Shown here piece after piece: positions 1 to 10,345 of a stretch of 64,000 bases of DNA. The notes below the pieces were generated by a model. It ran no database searches, was not told the origin of the DNA, and was given only the letters and a program-made list of their open reading frames with translations. The number at the start of each line of letters is the position of its first letter. The first letter of the stretch is position 1. The stretch covers positions 1 to 64,000 of IMG/VR virus record IMGVR_UViG_3300050821_009835, one strand, 5' to 3'. Position numbers and translations under genes: made by a program.

Positions 1-225
1 CCAAATGAACTTAGTGAAGAACAACGGAAGGATTTATTTGTCTATGTTCGCAAATACTTAAAGGAGTCTCTGGGCCGTTTAGGGATAAATTGCATTGCAT
101 AAAAACCAGTGCAAAGCGGTGTCTATTTTGTGGGGTTCAAAAACAAACCAAAAATGGTGACCCACCCAAGACTGAGCAAATCAATCAGCAAACTCAAGAA
201 GATGAACTACTAGGATAGAAATATA

Positions 226-3200
226 ATGAAAAAATCACTGTTGACAGGACTAATCCTCCTCTTAGCTTCTTTTGCGACGGCTCAAATACCAACTCCAATT
301 CGCAGTGTGTCCACCCTGCCAGTCACCTGCCATGGCGGTAATGCATCAATTTATACCGATGAAGTTGTACTTATTACAGGTGGAGTAGGCACAACTTATT
401 ATTGTTCGGCTCCAAATACTTGGACTGCTTTTTCTAGTGGTGGGGGTTCGGGTACAATTAACCCAGGAACTCAATATCAGATGCCTGTGTACGTTAGCGG
501 CGGCACCACGGTCGGGCCTAGTGCTTTTTTAAGCACAGATGCTATTGGAAACTTGAACGTTTCCACCGATATTTTCTCTCCCCTTCTTGATGGTGCAATT
601 GCCTTCGTTGATGGTAAAACATATCTGACAGCTCAATCAGTTTACGCTGCTAATCCAAATTGGTCGGGAAAAATTATCATTCCTTCTACCTTTGGCAGCC
701 CGGTTAATTGGACAACGGATCCTTATGCCAATACAGCAACGGTTGCAGTTCCCACCGTTACGGTGACTGGAACGAGTTGTTTAACCAAAATCCCAAATAA
801 CATGTACGAGGAAGTGCAACTATTCGAGGCCGACTCTAGCGGAAGTATCGTAGCGAGTGCTCCAGTTGTCTCCTCAACGAAAGGTAATGGTTCCACTTGT
901 TATAGTGTCACTGTTCCTACTGGGGCAATAATTGGTGGATTACAGGAAGGCTTCATTTTTGCGGAAGCATGTCTCACCAGCCCGTGTTCGCCATTTACAC
1001 CAACACTTCAATCAATAGGATCAGCAGAAGCAACTTTCACAGCAGCTGGGACTCTAGCTAATCTAAATTCTACGACTTCATCTACTGGATCCGGAGTTCA
1101 ACCTATTGCTGTGGATGCAGGCCTTCAGATGATAGGCACTGACATTTATCTAGAAGGAGTAAATTACGTTGTTAACGCCCCAGTAGTTCTTGGAAATCCT
1201 GGATTAATGCGCGGCAATGCCGTCGGGAACGGGGCAGGTGGAACCGTGGTACAAGCGGGTACTTCATTGCCCGCACCAGTACCTGTTGCACCAGCTCCCA
1301 AAGGTCTGCTTGTAACTGGAGGGAGTGGCACTTTAAATAACTATCTCACAGTTGAGACAGCGGTTACTTGGGGTTTGACGAGTCCTTATAACACAGTTCT
1401 ATCAATCAGCCGTGCTCAAACCTTTGGTCCATTTACATCTACATTGACTCAAGTTGAGTTGATGCAGCCCTCCCCGCCATTTCTTCCGAACCCGTGGACT
1501 CCATCTATGACATATTGGATTGGGGCAACTGTGGATGATGAAAACAACTTGAATACAACTGGCCCTTGTCTATGGAAATTGACCGCAATTTCGAGCGGGA
1601 GTTTCAATTATACCACTGCAGCATCAAATTTCTTTCCTAGTTGTACATCAGGAACGCCGGGTTCTACCACTACAACAGATGGAATTGCAACGTGGACTTT
1701 ACAGATGGTGTCTAAAAACGTGGCGGCTCAAGCATACAATGCTGGGGATGAAGTCTGGGATTCAACACATCACGTTTTTCAGCAAGCACAAACAGCGTTT
1801 ACTTCAAATGGCTCACCAACTTATCGCCCTTTATTTGCTGCCGTTTCCACAGGTGACAATGGTTTGTGGGCTAATATAGGAAAGAATGTTATCCCCCATC
1901 CAGGAATAGTGTTCTATGCTCAATCTGGCTCGTCTAGCTCCGGTTCTTACAGTGGGTTAGCGGCGGTAGAAAGTTCTCCTGTTTTTGTTAATTCTGGCTG
2001 CACGAACTTTTTCACCGCTGTCGCAACATGTGGCCTGGGGCAGACACAGGCCACGGTGTTCATTTCTGCAACTGGGGCAAACACTGCTGCTCCTAGCAAC
2101 CTAACGCTTTCTGCAACTGCTTGTCCTCAGGGTTTGACCTGCGGGAACCTCTCGGCGACGATCTACTATGTTCAGATGATGTGGGGCACACCGCTTGGAT
2201 TGACCCCGCCCTTTGCCGAGGCGACGGTTAGCGGATTGTCGAACGGTCAGGGCATTCTGGTTACGCCGCCTTCGATAGCATCTGCCCCACCTGAAGCGAC
2301 CTGCTACAGCCTGGGCACAAACGATTCATCAGCTGGCGGGAGTTTGGCTGAGATGATGGAGCCGCCCGACGGCTTCAATGTTATTGCTGGTACCGGAGGC
2401 TCTTCTCAATATCTGAACGGCCTTCAGCATGGTCAGTGCATTCCACTTGGCGAGACAGCCGTAATTGTGAATGACCAGCCTAACTCCCAAGCCTTCGGCT
2501 TTGCCACCCTAAAAATTCCGGGTTCTCCGCTGCCCACGGTCAATACAACAGGCAACATGATTTCCCTGGGTAGTGTTGATCCACTTGCGCCCAGTGTACT
2601 TTTGGGTAGCAATTATTATTCACGGATCAGCGATCTAACTCTGGAAGCGAGCCCAGTTGGGTTAAACCACGCCGCTCCTTATACTGGTCTATTATTCAAC
2701 TCAAGTGCCCAAGAACAGAGCGGCCCTTTTCATGTTCAATTCAACGATTCAGGCTCCTACGACTACTATGCTAAAGGTCCAGATGCTCAAAATAGCAGCA
2801 TGGGAGATGATCACGATACAGGGATCCCTAACGACGGTAAAGAGTGTGTTGTTATTGATACAGTTGGTGCATTTCGTGGGGTATTCGGTGGTAGCATGTG
2901 CGGAGGTACGCAAGGTGCTCAGTATTCCAATCGGAACGCGATTCACGCTTACACTCCTCTTTGGTCCAACTTTGGTGCTATGCAGATCAATATGCAAAGT
3001 GTCATTGCGGAAGGTGCAGTAGATGCTTTTGAATGTTCTAATTGTAACTTGGTTGTTCTTATTGATGCACTTACTACTTCCACAACTGGCCGCCATGTTC
3101 TTGATTTAGCTCGCTTTGACGAAGGTACCTACAATTGGAGTGTTGACGGTGCTTCAGCTGGTGGTGCTGGTGTGTGTGCAATTCGTGATGATACTTTGAA

Positions 3201-5115
3201 CGACGGTGCTTGCCTTACTACGGTCACCAAAATTGGTAAATGCTCCGCTGGCAATGTGGCTGATGTGGCAAGCGCGTATGAATCGCTTGATTGTCCTGGT
3301 GATCCTGGTGTACCTAATCAATTTTACGCTGGTTTTACTGTAGGTACTACGGCTCAATTTGGATTTAGTCAATCTGGAGCTGGCTTGTTTAATGGAGCAA
3401 CAGTCACTGGCAACAGTACTGCTAGTTTTTCTCCTTTCTTAATTACAGGTAACCCAGTACCACCAGGGGGAACAGGTGCGACAGCTTACCCTCAGCTTTA
3501 TTTTAATCAAACTGGAAACACGCCTCCTACAAGTTTTAGCACGGGGGGTACATTGTTGGGTTTCAACCTACCCTCTGGCTTCGTTGGAGATACTATTGAA
3601 CTTCACTTTAATGGTGGTCCAGTTATCTTTAAAGTGGATTACCAGGGGAATACAACAGCAAACACTGTACAGTCTTCTGAGTATAATATCAATGGGACTA
3701 CCACAAGTTACGTAAACTGCCCACAGCCTAACAATGCAATCTGTTCTTCTGCTCTTAGTGGTACGGAAACACCCCTGTACATAGGAACTTCTGGCACTAG
3801 TATAACAATTCTGGGAGCAACAACTCCATTGGTGTACTACATTGCTGGCCAGTACCAAACTATCAACACTACGCTGACGATCCCAAATTGTGGCAGCCAG
3901 CCCTGCTGGACTACACCTGCGGGAGAAACCGAGATCTTCATCTTTGCTCTCTTGGATACAACAAATTGGGCATCCATCCCGCTGGCGGATATTGCTATTA
4001 CCACTTGCCCATTGTTGATTTCCTATGTCCCGCCACCGAACTGTGCAGCAGCAAGTTCCACCAATCTACAATTCTTTTTCAATCTCGGAACGAATCAGAT
4101 GATGGCTTGCAACGGTGCGGGAAGTTGTGGAACATTCTCCAACTTCACGGCTAAGGCTGCCATCTTGTTGGGCGTTGCCATGGTGAGCACTACGCCGACA
4201 GTAGATGGCGTGGTAGGTATGCCTTTCAATATGGACCCCACTTACATCTATGAGAATTTTGGGGACGGTTCAAGCGGATCGAAGGTTTTGACCTCTGGTA
4301 CTACCACTCAAGATGGAGTGTTTAAATACTCCAATTTCAGCATGTCAAACGCAACCTTGCAACATACTCAGGTGGCAGGCAGCGTTAACACACCAGGTCT
4401 TTTAGTCTATAGTCAGACCCCCGTTATTCTAGCGGATGCACAAGGAGCCTCCACTATCAACGTTAATGGATTATCTCTGGCGGGGCCAACTGGAACAGCG
4501 GGAACATGCACGACTTCTAACTCTGCATTTGGACGTTCTGGGTCAGGAGGAGGATCTGGCGGAGCGAGCAGCACCAACGCTGGATGCAAAGGTGAAGCTC
4601 ACTACTCTTGGGGATTTCAGGTGGCAGGAGGTGGAGGAGCAGGCACCGCAGGTTCCCCAGGGACAGCAGGTCAGTCCGGTCAATCATGGAATACGGGTTG
4701 GGCGGCAGGTGGTGTCGACTTACAGCCAATGTCATTGGAATATTACGCAGATGGATTTGGTAGCCCCGGCGCAGCAGGTGCTGGCGTATCTGCGGGCGGT
4801 ACGGGCGGTAATGGTGGGACTGGTGGAGGAGTCGCGGTCATCAAAACACCTTCGATCAACGTCGTGTCCGGTTCAACCATGTCAGCAAACGGAACTGTTG
4901 GAACCATTGGGACTACTTCTACGACTAGTGGTGGTTGTGGCGGTGGGGGTGGGGGAGGTACGGCGGGTTACATTGCCGGCTTTAGTGTAAATGGCGTTGC
5001 CGGGATTACGGCTTCAGGTGCAATTGCAGTGACTACTTGTACTGGTCTCTCCCCAGAATCAAGCAACGGTGGAGCTGGTGGAGCTGGGCATGTAGTAGCT
5101 GTTCGAGTACGTTAA
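226..5115 (+). CDS. 1629-aa Gly/Thr/Ser-rich protein with N-terminal signal peptide; putative tail spike/fibre-like or surface adhesin
   Basis: MKKSLLTGLILLLASFATAQ looks like a Sec signal. W-x-x-x-x-x-Y-x-x-G segments (PWTPSMTYWIGATV) resemble carbohydrate-binding modules. Central region is beta-helix-like (SRISDLTLE..TGLLFN). C-terminus has a Gly-rich GGxGG tract typical of phage tail proteins. Confidence 0.55.
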   Translation: MKKSLLTGLILLLASFATAQIPTPIRSVSTLPVTCHGGNASIYTDEVVLITGGVGTTYYCSAPNTWTAFSSGGGSGTINPGTQYQMPVYVSGGTTVGPSAFLSTDAIGNLNVSTDIFSPLLDGAIAFVDGKTYLTAQSVYAANPNWSGKIIIPSTFGSPVNWTTDPYANTATVAVPTVTVTGTSCLTKIPNNMYEEVQLFEADSSGSIVASAPVVSSTKGNGSTCYSVTVPTGAIIGGLQEGFIFAEACLTSPCSPFTPTLQSIGSAEATFTAAGTLANLNSTTSSTGSGVQPIAVDAGLQMIGTDIYLEGVNYVVNAPVVLGNPGLMRGNAVGNGAGGTVVQAGTSLPAPVPVAPAPKGLLVTGGSGTLNNYLTVETAVTWGLTSPYNTVLSISRAQTFGPFTSTLTQVELMQPSPPFLPNPWTPSMTYWIGATVDDENNLNTTGPCLWKLTAISSGSFNYTTAASNFFPSCTSGTPGSTTTTDGIATWTLQMVSKNVAAQAYNAGDEVWDSTHHVFQQAQTAFTSNGSPTYRPLFAAVSTGDNGLWANIGKNVIPHPGIVFYAQSGSSSSGSYSGLAAVESSPVFVNSGCTNFFTAVATCGLGQTQATVFISATGANTAAPSNLTLSATACPQGLTCGNLSATIYYVQMMWGTPLGLTPPFAEATVSGLSNGQGILVTPPSIASAPPEATCYSLGTNDSSAGGSLAEMMEPPDGFNVIAGTGGSSQYLNGLQHGQCIPLGETAVIVNDQPNSQAFGFATLKIPGSPLPTVNTTGNMISLGSVDPLAPSVLLGSNYYSRISDLTLEASPVGLNHAAPYTGLLFNSSAQEQSGPFHVQFNDSGSYDYYAKGPDAQNSSMGDDHDTGIPNDGKECVVIDTVGAFRGVFGGSMCGGTQGAQYSNRNAIHAYTPLWSNFGAMQINMQSVIAEGAVDAFECSNCNLVVLIDALTTSTTGRHVLDLARFDEGTYNWSVDGASAGGAGVCAIRDDTLNDGACLTTVTKIGKCSAGNVADVASAYESLDCPGDPGVPNQFYAGFTVGTTAQFGFSQSGAGLFNGATVTGNSTASFSPFLITGNPVPPGGTGATAYPQLYFNQTGNTPPTSFSTGGTLLGFNLPSGFVGDTIELHFNGGPVIFKVDYQGNTTANTVQSSEYNINGTTTSYVNCPQPNNAICSSALSGTETPLYIGTSGTSITILGATTPLVYYIAGQYQTINTTLTIPNCGSQPCWTTPAGETEIFIFALLDTTNWASIPLADIAITTCPLLISYVPPPNCAAASSTNLQFFFNLGTNQMMACNGAGSCGTFSNFTAKAAILLGVAMVSTTPTVDGVVGMPFNMDPTYIYENFGDGSSGSKVLTSGTTTQDGVFKYSNFSMSNATLQHTQVAGSVNTPGLLVYSQTPVILADAQGASTINVNGLSLAGPTGTAGTCTTSNSAFGRSGSGGGSGGASSTNAGCKGEAHYSWGFQVAGGGGAGTAGSPGTAGQSGQSWNTGWAAGGVDLQPMSLEYYADGFGSPGAAGAGVSAGGTGGNGGTGGGVAVIKTPSINVVSGSTMSANGTVGTIGTTSTTSGGCGGGGGGGTAGYIAGFSVNGVAGITASGAIAVTTCTGLSPESSNGGAGGAGHVVAVRVR

Positions 5116-5283
5116 AAAGAACTTCTAACTTATTGTTAGGTGTACAAGATGAAGCGTCTGGTGACATTGGCTCACGGGTTGCTTTTACTGGTTACAACTG
5201 CTAGCACGGGCAGCGATAGAGAAGGCCGAGCAAGACCTTCGCAAGCTTCCAGCGTTTATCAACCCAAGTAAGAAGGGGGTTTT

Positions 5284-5700
5284 ATGAAGCTGCTGACCGT
5301 AGTTCTGTTCGTTCTATTTACTGCATGTTTATCTCCCGCCCAAACTGGACCGCAGAGAAGCCGTTTGCCGATAACTTGGGTTCAGTGTCAAACCTGCCCT
5401 CCTATCGAAATACCAACGGCTGTTAGTGACGGGGATTTTGTATTTATTGCGCTGCACTGCCCGTACGAACACTGCGGTTTACCAGAATTCAATTACACCA
5501 ACCGTCTCCATGCGGGAATAAAATTTGGGGAACTTGGCCCTCCTGTCGATTCTGATGATTCCCACGCATATCAGTTTTTTATGACGTGGGTAGCACAAAC
5601 TGGTTTAATGAAAGTGTATATTCCGGTTCCGGTCAGCGGGATTCGGTATGAAGCGGTTATCGAAGTTACGACGCCGACGGCGGTGGGCACCAACCCATAA
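5284..5700 (+). CDS. Hypothetical exported protein
   Basis: Signal-peptide-like N-terminus MKLLTVVLFVLFTACLSPAQ; RBS-like GAAGGGGG upstream. Confidence 0.55.
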   Translation: MKLLTVVLFVLFTACLSPAQTGPQRSRLPITWVQCQTCPPIEIPTAVSDGDFVFIALHCPYEHCGLPEFNYTNRLHAGIKFGELGPPVDSDDSHAYQFFMTWVAQTGLMKVYIPVPVSGIRYEAVIEVTTPTAVGTNP

Positions 5701-5738
5701 GAGGAAATAACGCGCAAAGAACGCAAACCTTCCGAGTA

Positions 5739-6905
5739 TTGATAACTGTGTCACTGATCACTCAACGCCCACAGCATTTAAATAGCGTCATTGGACAAGA
5801 ACGTGCTATTAAGGTTCTTCGAGCTGTTCTTCATAGTGAGAAATTCCTTTTACGAGGATTTATTTTTTCTGGCCTCACAGGAAGCGGAAAAACATCTGTC
5901 GCTTATCTTGCATCTCGTGCTTTAATGTGTGCTGGTCGCAGTCCAGAGGGCTGTGACTCCTGCCCCTCCTGTAAAACAATTGCTAATCAAGGCATTGATG
6001 CCCATCCTGACTTTATGGAAATAGCTGCAGCAGCTAAACCTGGAGTGGAAGCTGCTCGAGATATCCTATTGACTGCGGAGTCCCTCCCTGTCTTGGGGAA
6101 ACGGCGCGTGGTTATGATTGACGAAGCGCACTGTTTAAGTCCGGAAGCGTGGAAGGTCTATCTAAAACCTCTAGAACTGATTAACAACGATGCGATTTTT
6201 ATTTTTGTAACCAATCAAGAGAGACAGATTCCGGCAGAAATTCATGGCCGCTGTTGTCGGCTTAAATTTGGCAAAGTGGACGAAGAGACCCTTCTGGGCT
6301 TTCTTGTTAATGTCGCCTCAGCTAATCAGATCCAATACGAATTGGACGCTCTGAAGTTAATCTCTCGCTCTGCAAAGGGCATTGTACGAGAAGCATTGAG
6401 TGTTCTGGACATTTGCGCAGCAATAGGCACGGTAACTAAGGAACTCGCCATCAATGCCATCTACGATGATCTAGAAGATACAGCGTTAAATATCTACTTA
6501 CGTATGGCTGCCAAAGATCAGAAAAGCGCGGTTGAGATCGCAGATAATGCCTGTAAAACAGAATCTCCGATTCGACTAATTGAATCATTGTTTGCAACTT
6601 ATGCCAAGTGCGTTTATCGCCCGGAGTCACCAGGGCAGATCACTATTCGCGATAGCTTTCGGGACATTTGTGGTATGACTCAGATTTTCTTGAAGTGGGC
6701 AACCCCCCAGCAACTCTCGGCAGATGTTGTTCCCTTGTTAGTAGTGGAGTTAATGTCTCTAGGAGAAACTTCTCGCAATTTGGATCGCATCGTTAGCTTC
6801 GCTCCGCAAGACCGTTCTAAACTGGTTTCTACTCCTGTTGCACCAGGGGTCGAAACAGTAAGTAGATTCGCGGAATTAACTGGGGCAAAATCAGTTAAAC
6901 TTTAG
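5739..6905 (+). CDS. dnaX: DNA polymerase III gamma/tau-like clamp loader ATPase (probable start GTG 5748)
   Basis: RPQ..VIGQ N-terminus, Walker A GLTGSGKT, Zn motif C..CDSCPSC, DFMEIAAA, Walker B DEAH, SRC-like GRC, and G.VREALS.LD. Confidence 0.9.
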   Translation: MITVSLITQRPQHLNSVIGQERAIKVLRAVLHSEKFLLRGFIFSGLTGSGKTSVAYLASRALMCAGRSPEGCDSCPSCKTIANQGIDAHPDFMEIAAAAKPGVEAARDILLTAESLPVLGKRRVVMIDEAHCLSPEAWKVYLKPLELINNDAIFIFVTNQERQIPAEIHGRCCRLKFGKVDEETLLGFLVNVASANQIQYELDALKLISRSAKGIVREALSVLDICAAIGTVTKELAINAIYDDLEDTALNIYLRMAAKDQKSAVEIADNACKTESPIRLIESLFATYAKCVYRPESPGQITIRDSFRDICGMTQIFLKWATPQQLSADVVPLLVVELMSLGETSRNLDRIVSFAPQDRSKLVSTPVAPGVETVSRFAELTGAKSVKL

Positions 6906-6972
6906 TATTTAAATCAGTTGGAGGGAGCCCGCATTGATTTTAGAATTTGGCCCGGTGGAAAAACTAAAGGGA

Positions 6973-8058
6973 ATGAATTGGGTGGCTCTGGAACTCAGAT
7001 CAGAACGTACGATTGAACCCACCATGCGAAGAGTTGGAAACAAGATATCAGGGATTTTCCGAAACGATCCAATTGAGATCTTTATACCCATAACTAAACG
7101 CGACTTAGACATTTTTGAGATGGGAACGATGAATCTGATCTTTGCTCGTTCCACAAATCTCAATGCCTTGTTTCGTTTAATGACCGTTACAGGAGTTGTA
7201 CAATTTCTCACAGAAGGAGAAACTAAACGCCATAAAGCTATTGAAATTTCTGACGATTATGTTCAGGGGTTGATCATTGAAGCCGAAAAATTATACGAGA
7301 CTTTGGGTGAAGGCATTGAGGTTGGAAGTTTTGTTCGCATATTAAACGGTGAAATGCGGGATTTCTGTGGGACAGTAGAAGTCATCGACGCAGGCCGAGC
7401 CATTATTCGTATCAGTTTAAAAACTAAGACCTGCTTAAACGAAACACCTGTAAAGAATTTACTTAATCTCTCCCAAGTTCCTAAGGAACAACGTGTCTGG
7501 TACTATGGATCCCTGGTGGATCAATTAGTTGCAGACAAAGACGCGGATGGGCTTGCATTGATTGCAGAAGACCTCCCTAATGGAAAAACAGAGGAGACAA
7601 TTTCTGAATTTCCAGAATTTTTCGAGGCAACCGATGAAGCAAAACGTCATACTCGGCAGCGAACGGTGACCGCATTTGTGAAGAAACTGATTTTATTAGA
7701 TAAGATCCATGAGCCAATGGAAATTGCTAAGAAAGTTGTTGCTGCTCTTAAAACAGGAGACATTAAAGCACCAAAGAATATATTCATTGGATATTGCATT
7801 ATAAAAGACAACTTGATGAAACTGTACTTCAAGAATATCGATCCCACTCTCAATAATTATCGGGATGTGATCCACAAGTACGGGCGTAAGTACAAATTCA
7901 GTGCGCAGGATATCTTCAATTTGGATCTATCTCTGGGAATACCTATTCAAAGCCAAGAGATTTGTAAAGACGGTCGCTCTCGTGAAGCTCGTATGAAGGC
8001 TTCAAAACAGGCTTTGAAAAAGCAAGCGAAAGTAAAAGTAAAAATCGCAGTATCATAG
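6973..8058 (+). CDS. NusG-family (NGN+KOW) transcription factor paralog with ~200-aa C-terminal extension
   Basis: NGN-like N-terminus (WVALEL..EIFIP..LIFAR..TGVVQFL) and KOW motif IEVGSFVRILNGEMRDFCGTVEVID. Start moved to ATG 6973, which has an AAGGGA RBS. Confidence 0.75.
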   Translation: MNWVALELRSERTIEPTMRRVGNKISGIFRNDPIEIFIPITKRDLDIFEMGTMNLIFARSTNLNALFRLMTVTGVVQFLTEGETKRHKAIEISDDYVQGLIIEAEKLYETLGEGIEVGSFVRILNGEMRDFCGTVEVIDAGRAIIRISLKTKTCLNETPVKNLLNLSQVPKEQRVWYYGSLVDQLVADKDADGLALIAEDLPNGKTEETISEFPEFFEATDEAKRHTRQRTVTAFVKKLILLDKIHEPMEIAKKVVAALKTGDIKAPKNIFIGYCIIKDNLMKLYFKNIDPTLNNYRDVIHKYGRKYKFSAQDIFNLDLSLGIPIQSQEICKDGRSREARMKASKQALKKQAKVKVKIAVS

Positions 8059-8073
8059 AACGAGGAGAAACAC

Positions 8074-8373
8074 ATGAAAGCTATTTTCTTGCTTGACCGT
8101 TTGGATGAAACGGGTAAGGTTGTAGAGGAAAATGTTAGAGCATTGGAAATACTACCATCCCAATTTCAGTTAAAAGAGACAGAGGAATTCCTGACATGGC
8201 TGTGTTTTCCCGTGGGGGATCAATCTAATCTTGTCACCGCAAAGTTTGTACCCTTAGTGGCTTTTCCCGTTGGTCTAAAGAGGAAGCCAGCAATACCCGA
8301 TGCTGCTTTGAAGGTGAAGAAGCTGGCACCAGCAAAGAAAGTGCTTACAAAGAAGAAAGCTGCAAAGAGTTAA
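8074..8373 (+). CDS. Hypothetical protein with Lys-rich tail
   Basis: ORF with GAGGAG RBS. Confidence 0.6.
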   Translation: MKAIFLLDRLDETGKVVEENVRALEILPSQFQLKETEEFLTWLCFPVGDQSNLVTAKFVPLVAFPVGLKRKPAIPDAALKVKKLAPAKKVLTKKKAAKS

Positions 8374-8376
8374 TTT

Positions 8377-8973
8377 ATGGCAATTAAAGTCCAGCGCACA
8401 CATGGTCTCCGGGCCACTATGGAGAAGTGTGGCTGTAAGGCAACTCAAGAGTATGAAGATTCCTCATTGTTAAACAAAATTGAGGATACAACGATTTATA
8501 CTCCTTGTCAAAAACACAAGATTTCGGCAGAAGCAGCTGAGACCTTCAAAGAAGTTCTCCTAGAAGTATTGGAAACTGCGCAGATGCAGGCGCGTAAATT
8601 TCCAGATCCTAGTGTGACCCCAAGCAAATCCATTGGTCATTCCATTGAAGATGTTGCAGCGGCGCAATCTTCGGGAGCGGTCTCTGCTACAAGAACACCT
8701 ATCAATAGAAGCGGTTCAGGTTCTCGTTTATCTGTTCGACGTTCCAGCGATAGCGGCTCATTACCGCGTGTTTCTACAGCAGTAAGGAATGCCAGGGCAT
8801 CCGGTAGTGCAACCTCCATCGATGCTGAACTTGCTAGAACCCCAGATTTTGCAACACCGGGCAGAATTGGCCCAATAAGCCGTGAAAAGGTACAAGAAGC
8901 TATAGATGAAGCTGCTGAGTCAGGGGAGCCAGTTACGCCGCTGGATGTTATTTTAAGTGTGAATGACGAGTAG
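8377..8973 (+). CDS. Hypothetical protein, Cys-containing N-terminus and Ser/Arg low-complexity middle
   Basis: 198-aa ORF starting 3 nt after the previous stop. Confidence 0.6.
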   Translation: MAIKVQRTHGLRATMEKCGCKATQEYEDSSLLNKIEDTTIYTPCQKHKISAEAAETFKEVLLEVLETAQMQARKFPDPSVTPSKSIGHSIEDVAAAQSSGAVSATRTPINRSGSGSRLSVRRSSDSGSLPRVSTAVRNARASGSATSIDAELARTPDFATPGRIGPISREKVQEAIDEAAESGEPVTPLDVILSVNDE

Positions 8974-9283
8974 TGCGACGAAACTTATTGGACAAAGGTG
9001 TTATAGTCCAAGGATTACCGCTGTCGATGGATTTACCACAGAAATCCTCTAATTCTTCCAAAATGTGAAACCAGGGAGTTATAACAAAGCCGATCAATGG
9101 CGGCTCTAAACGTGATCCTATTGCAATCGCAGGTTTGACGTGAGTTTCTGGCCCGAAATCCTCTAATCCAAGGCGAGCAGCAAGGTCAGTATAAGCACGG
9201 ACAACTGTTATCTCCTCGATATCGCAAAGGACTTCACAGCTGAATCGGCTACAAACCTCGTCTATAGCCCTGTGGAATTTCAT
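8948..9283 (-). CDS. Hypothetical protein
   Basis: ORF directly downstream of the DUF6011 gene on the same strand. Confidence 0.5.
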   Translation of the reverse strand: MKFHRAIDEVCSRFSCEVLCDIEEITVVRAYTDLAARLGLEDFGPETHVKPAIAIGSRLEPPLIGFVITPWFHILEELEDFCGKSIDSGNPWTITPLSNKFRRTTRHSHLK

Positions 9284-9288
9284 TTACT

Positions 9289-10116
9289 TTAGAAACTCTC
9301 CACTGGCTCGTTGCCATAGACTGCTTGATAGCGACGCTCGTTCATCTGCTCTTCTGCACGAAGTGAAGACATTTCTGCTTCTCGTTCGTCGATAACTTCT
9401 TGACGGCCAGCCTCATCGCCCCAGAAGCGATCGTCTTCAATCGGATTGGCGGTGAACCGTTTGGTCCAGAACTGAACAGCGGCTCCCTCGGTCAGTTGTT
9501 CACCGATCCCGAATGGGTCGTAGAACTTCTCAGTTTCCATCGCCTTCAGAAAAGAAACCATGCGTGAGATAACGGCCTTGTCATCTTTCACCGGGGTCGT
9601 GCGTGTTTCATACGAAGTGGCTTCAAAGTGGAAACCTGTCTGCACCGGGGCTGCATTTGGGTCAGCGTACACTGATCCAGGCGTTCTAACAGCTGCAACA
9701 GCTTCACGAGCAGCAATCTGGTCAATCTTCTCCCAAGCGTACTTCTCGGCACAATCAGGACCCATGCCGGCATGAATCGAGGCGGGGACTGTCAGCTCGC
9801 GACCACAACGGCAGCAGCGACCTTCTTTCATCGCATAAGCCATACCAGCTTCCATGGGGTTGCGAGCGATACGATTGATTGCGTTCTGAAGAGCTTCCAG
9901 ACGTTTCGGGTCAAATTCGTTACGGAACCGCTTCCACAACATTACGCGGTTGTCGGCGGAGAGGAATGCAATGCCTTCATAGCGTGAACCAGACTTGCGC
10001 GACAGGATGGACTTGCCTTTGAAGGAGCCGGAATCTTCTCCTTCGTTGTTGTTAATGCTCAGTGTGCGATATTCACCGTTGCTGTAAACCAGCGTGTATC
10101 GTCCATTCTGAATCAT
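9289..10116 (-). CDS. DUF6011-like Zn-finger protein (phage)
   Basis: Motif CCRCGRELTVPASIHAGMGPDCAEK matches the CxxCGRxLTxxxSxxxGxGPxC pattern; GGAGGG RBS. Confidence 0.75.
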   Translation of the reverse strand: MIQNGRYTLVYSNGEYRTLSINNNEGEDSGSFKGKSILSRKSGSRYEGIAFLSADNRVMLWKRFRNEFDPKRLEALQNAINRIARNPMEAGMAYAMKEGRCCRCGRELTVPASIHAGMGPDCAEKYAWEKIDQIAAREAVAAVRTPGSVYADPNAAPVQTGFHFEATSYETRTTPVKDDKAVISRMVSFLKAMETEKFYDPFGIGEQLTEGAAVQFWTKRFTANPIEDDRFWGDEAGRQEVIDEREAEMSSLRAEEQMNERRYQAVYGNEPVESF

Positions 10117-10164
10117 TGTTTCCCTCCATCAATAAACTACGCAGACAGGGAGAAAAACGGGTAT

Positions 10165-10170
10165 TATAAT
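10165..10170 (+). promoter_or_regulatory. sigma70-like -10 (TATAAT) 7 nt before ATG 10178
   Basis: TATAAT-tggcaca-ATG with no Shine-Dalgarno in between. Confidence 0.45.
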
Positions 10171-10177
10171 TGGCACA

Positions 10178-10345
10178 ATGATTTTCCCAGTAAAACTCGC
10201 TTTGTTAATCGTCACAGGATGGCTGATTGGGTCGGTTGTCTTTGCGTTAACGGGTGATCAGTTTATCGCAGTTGCGAGTTTCCTGCTATGGGCGGTTTTG
10301 AATCGGAAAGCAGTATTAAACGAAGAGGGTGAACCCAATGCATAA
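10178..10345 (+). CDS. Small membrane protein (55 aa; not in the ORF track)
   Basis: MIFPVKLALLIVTGWLIGSVVFALTGDQFIAVASFLLWAVLNRK..., with two hydrophobic segments. Confidence 0.5.
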   Translation: MIFPVKLALLIVTGWLIGSVVFALTGDQFIAVASFLLWAVLNRKAVLNEEGEPNA

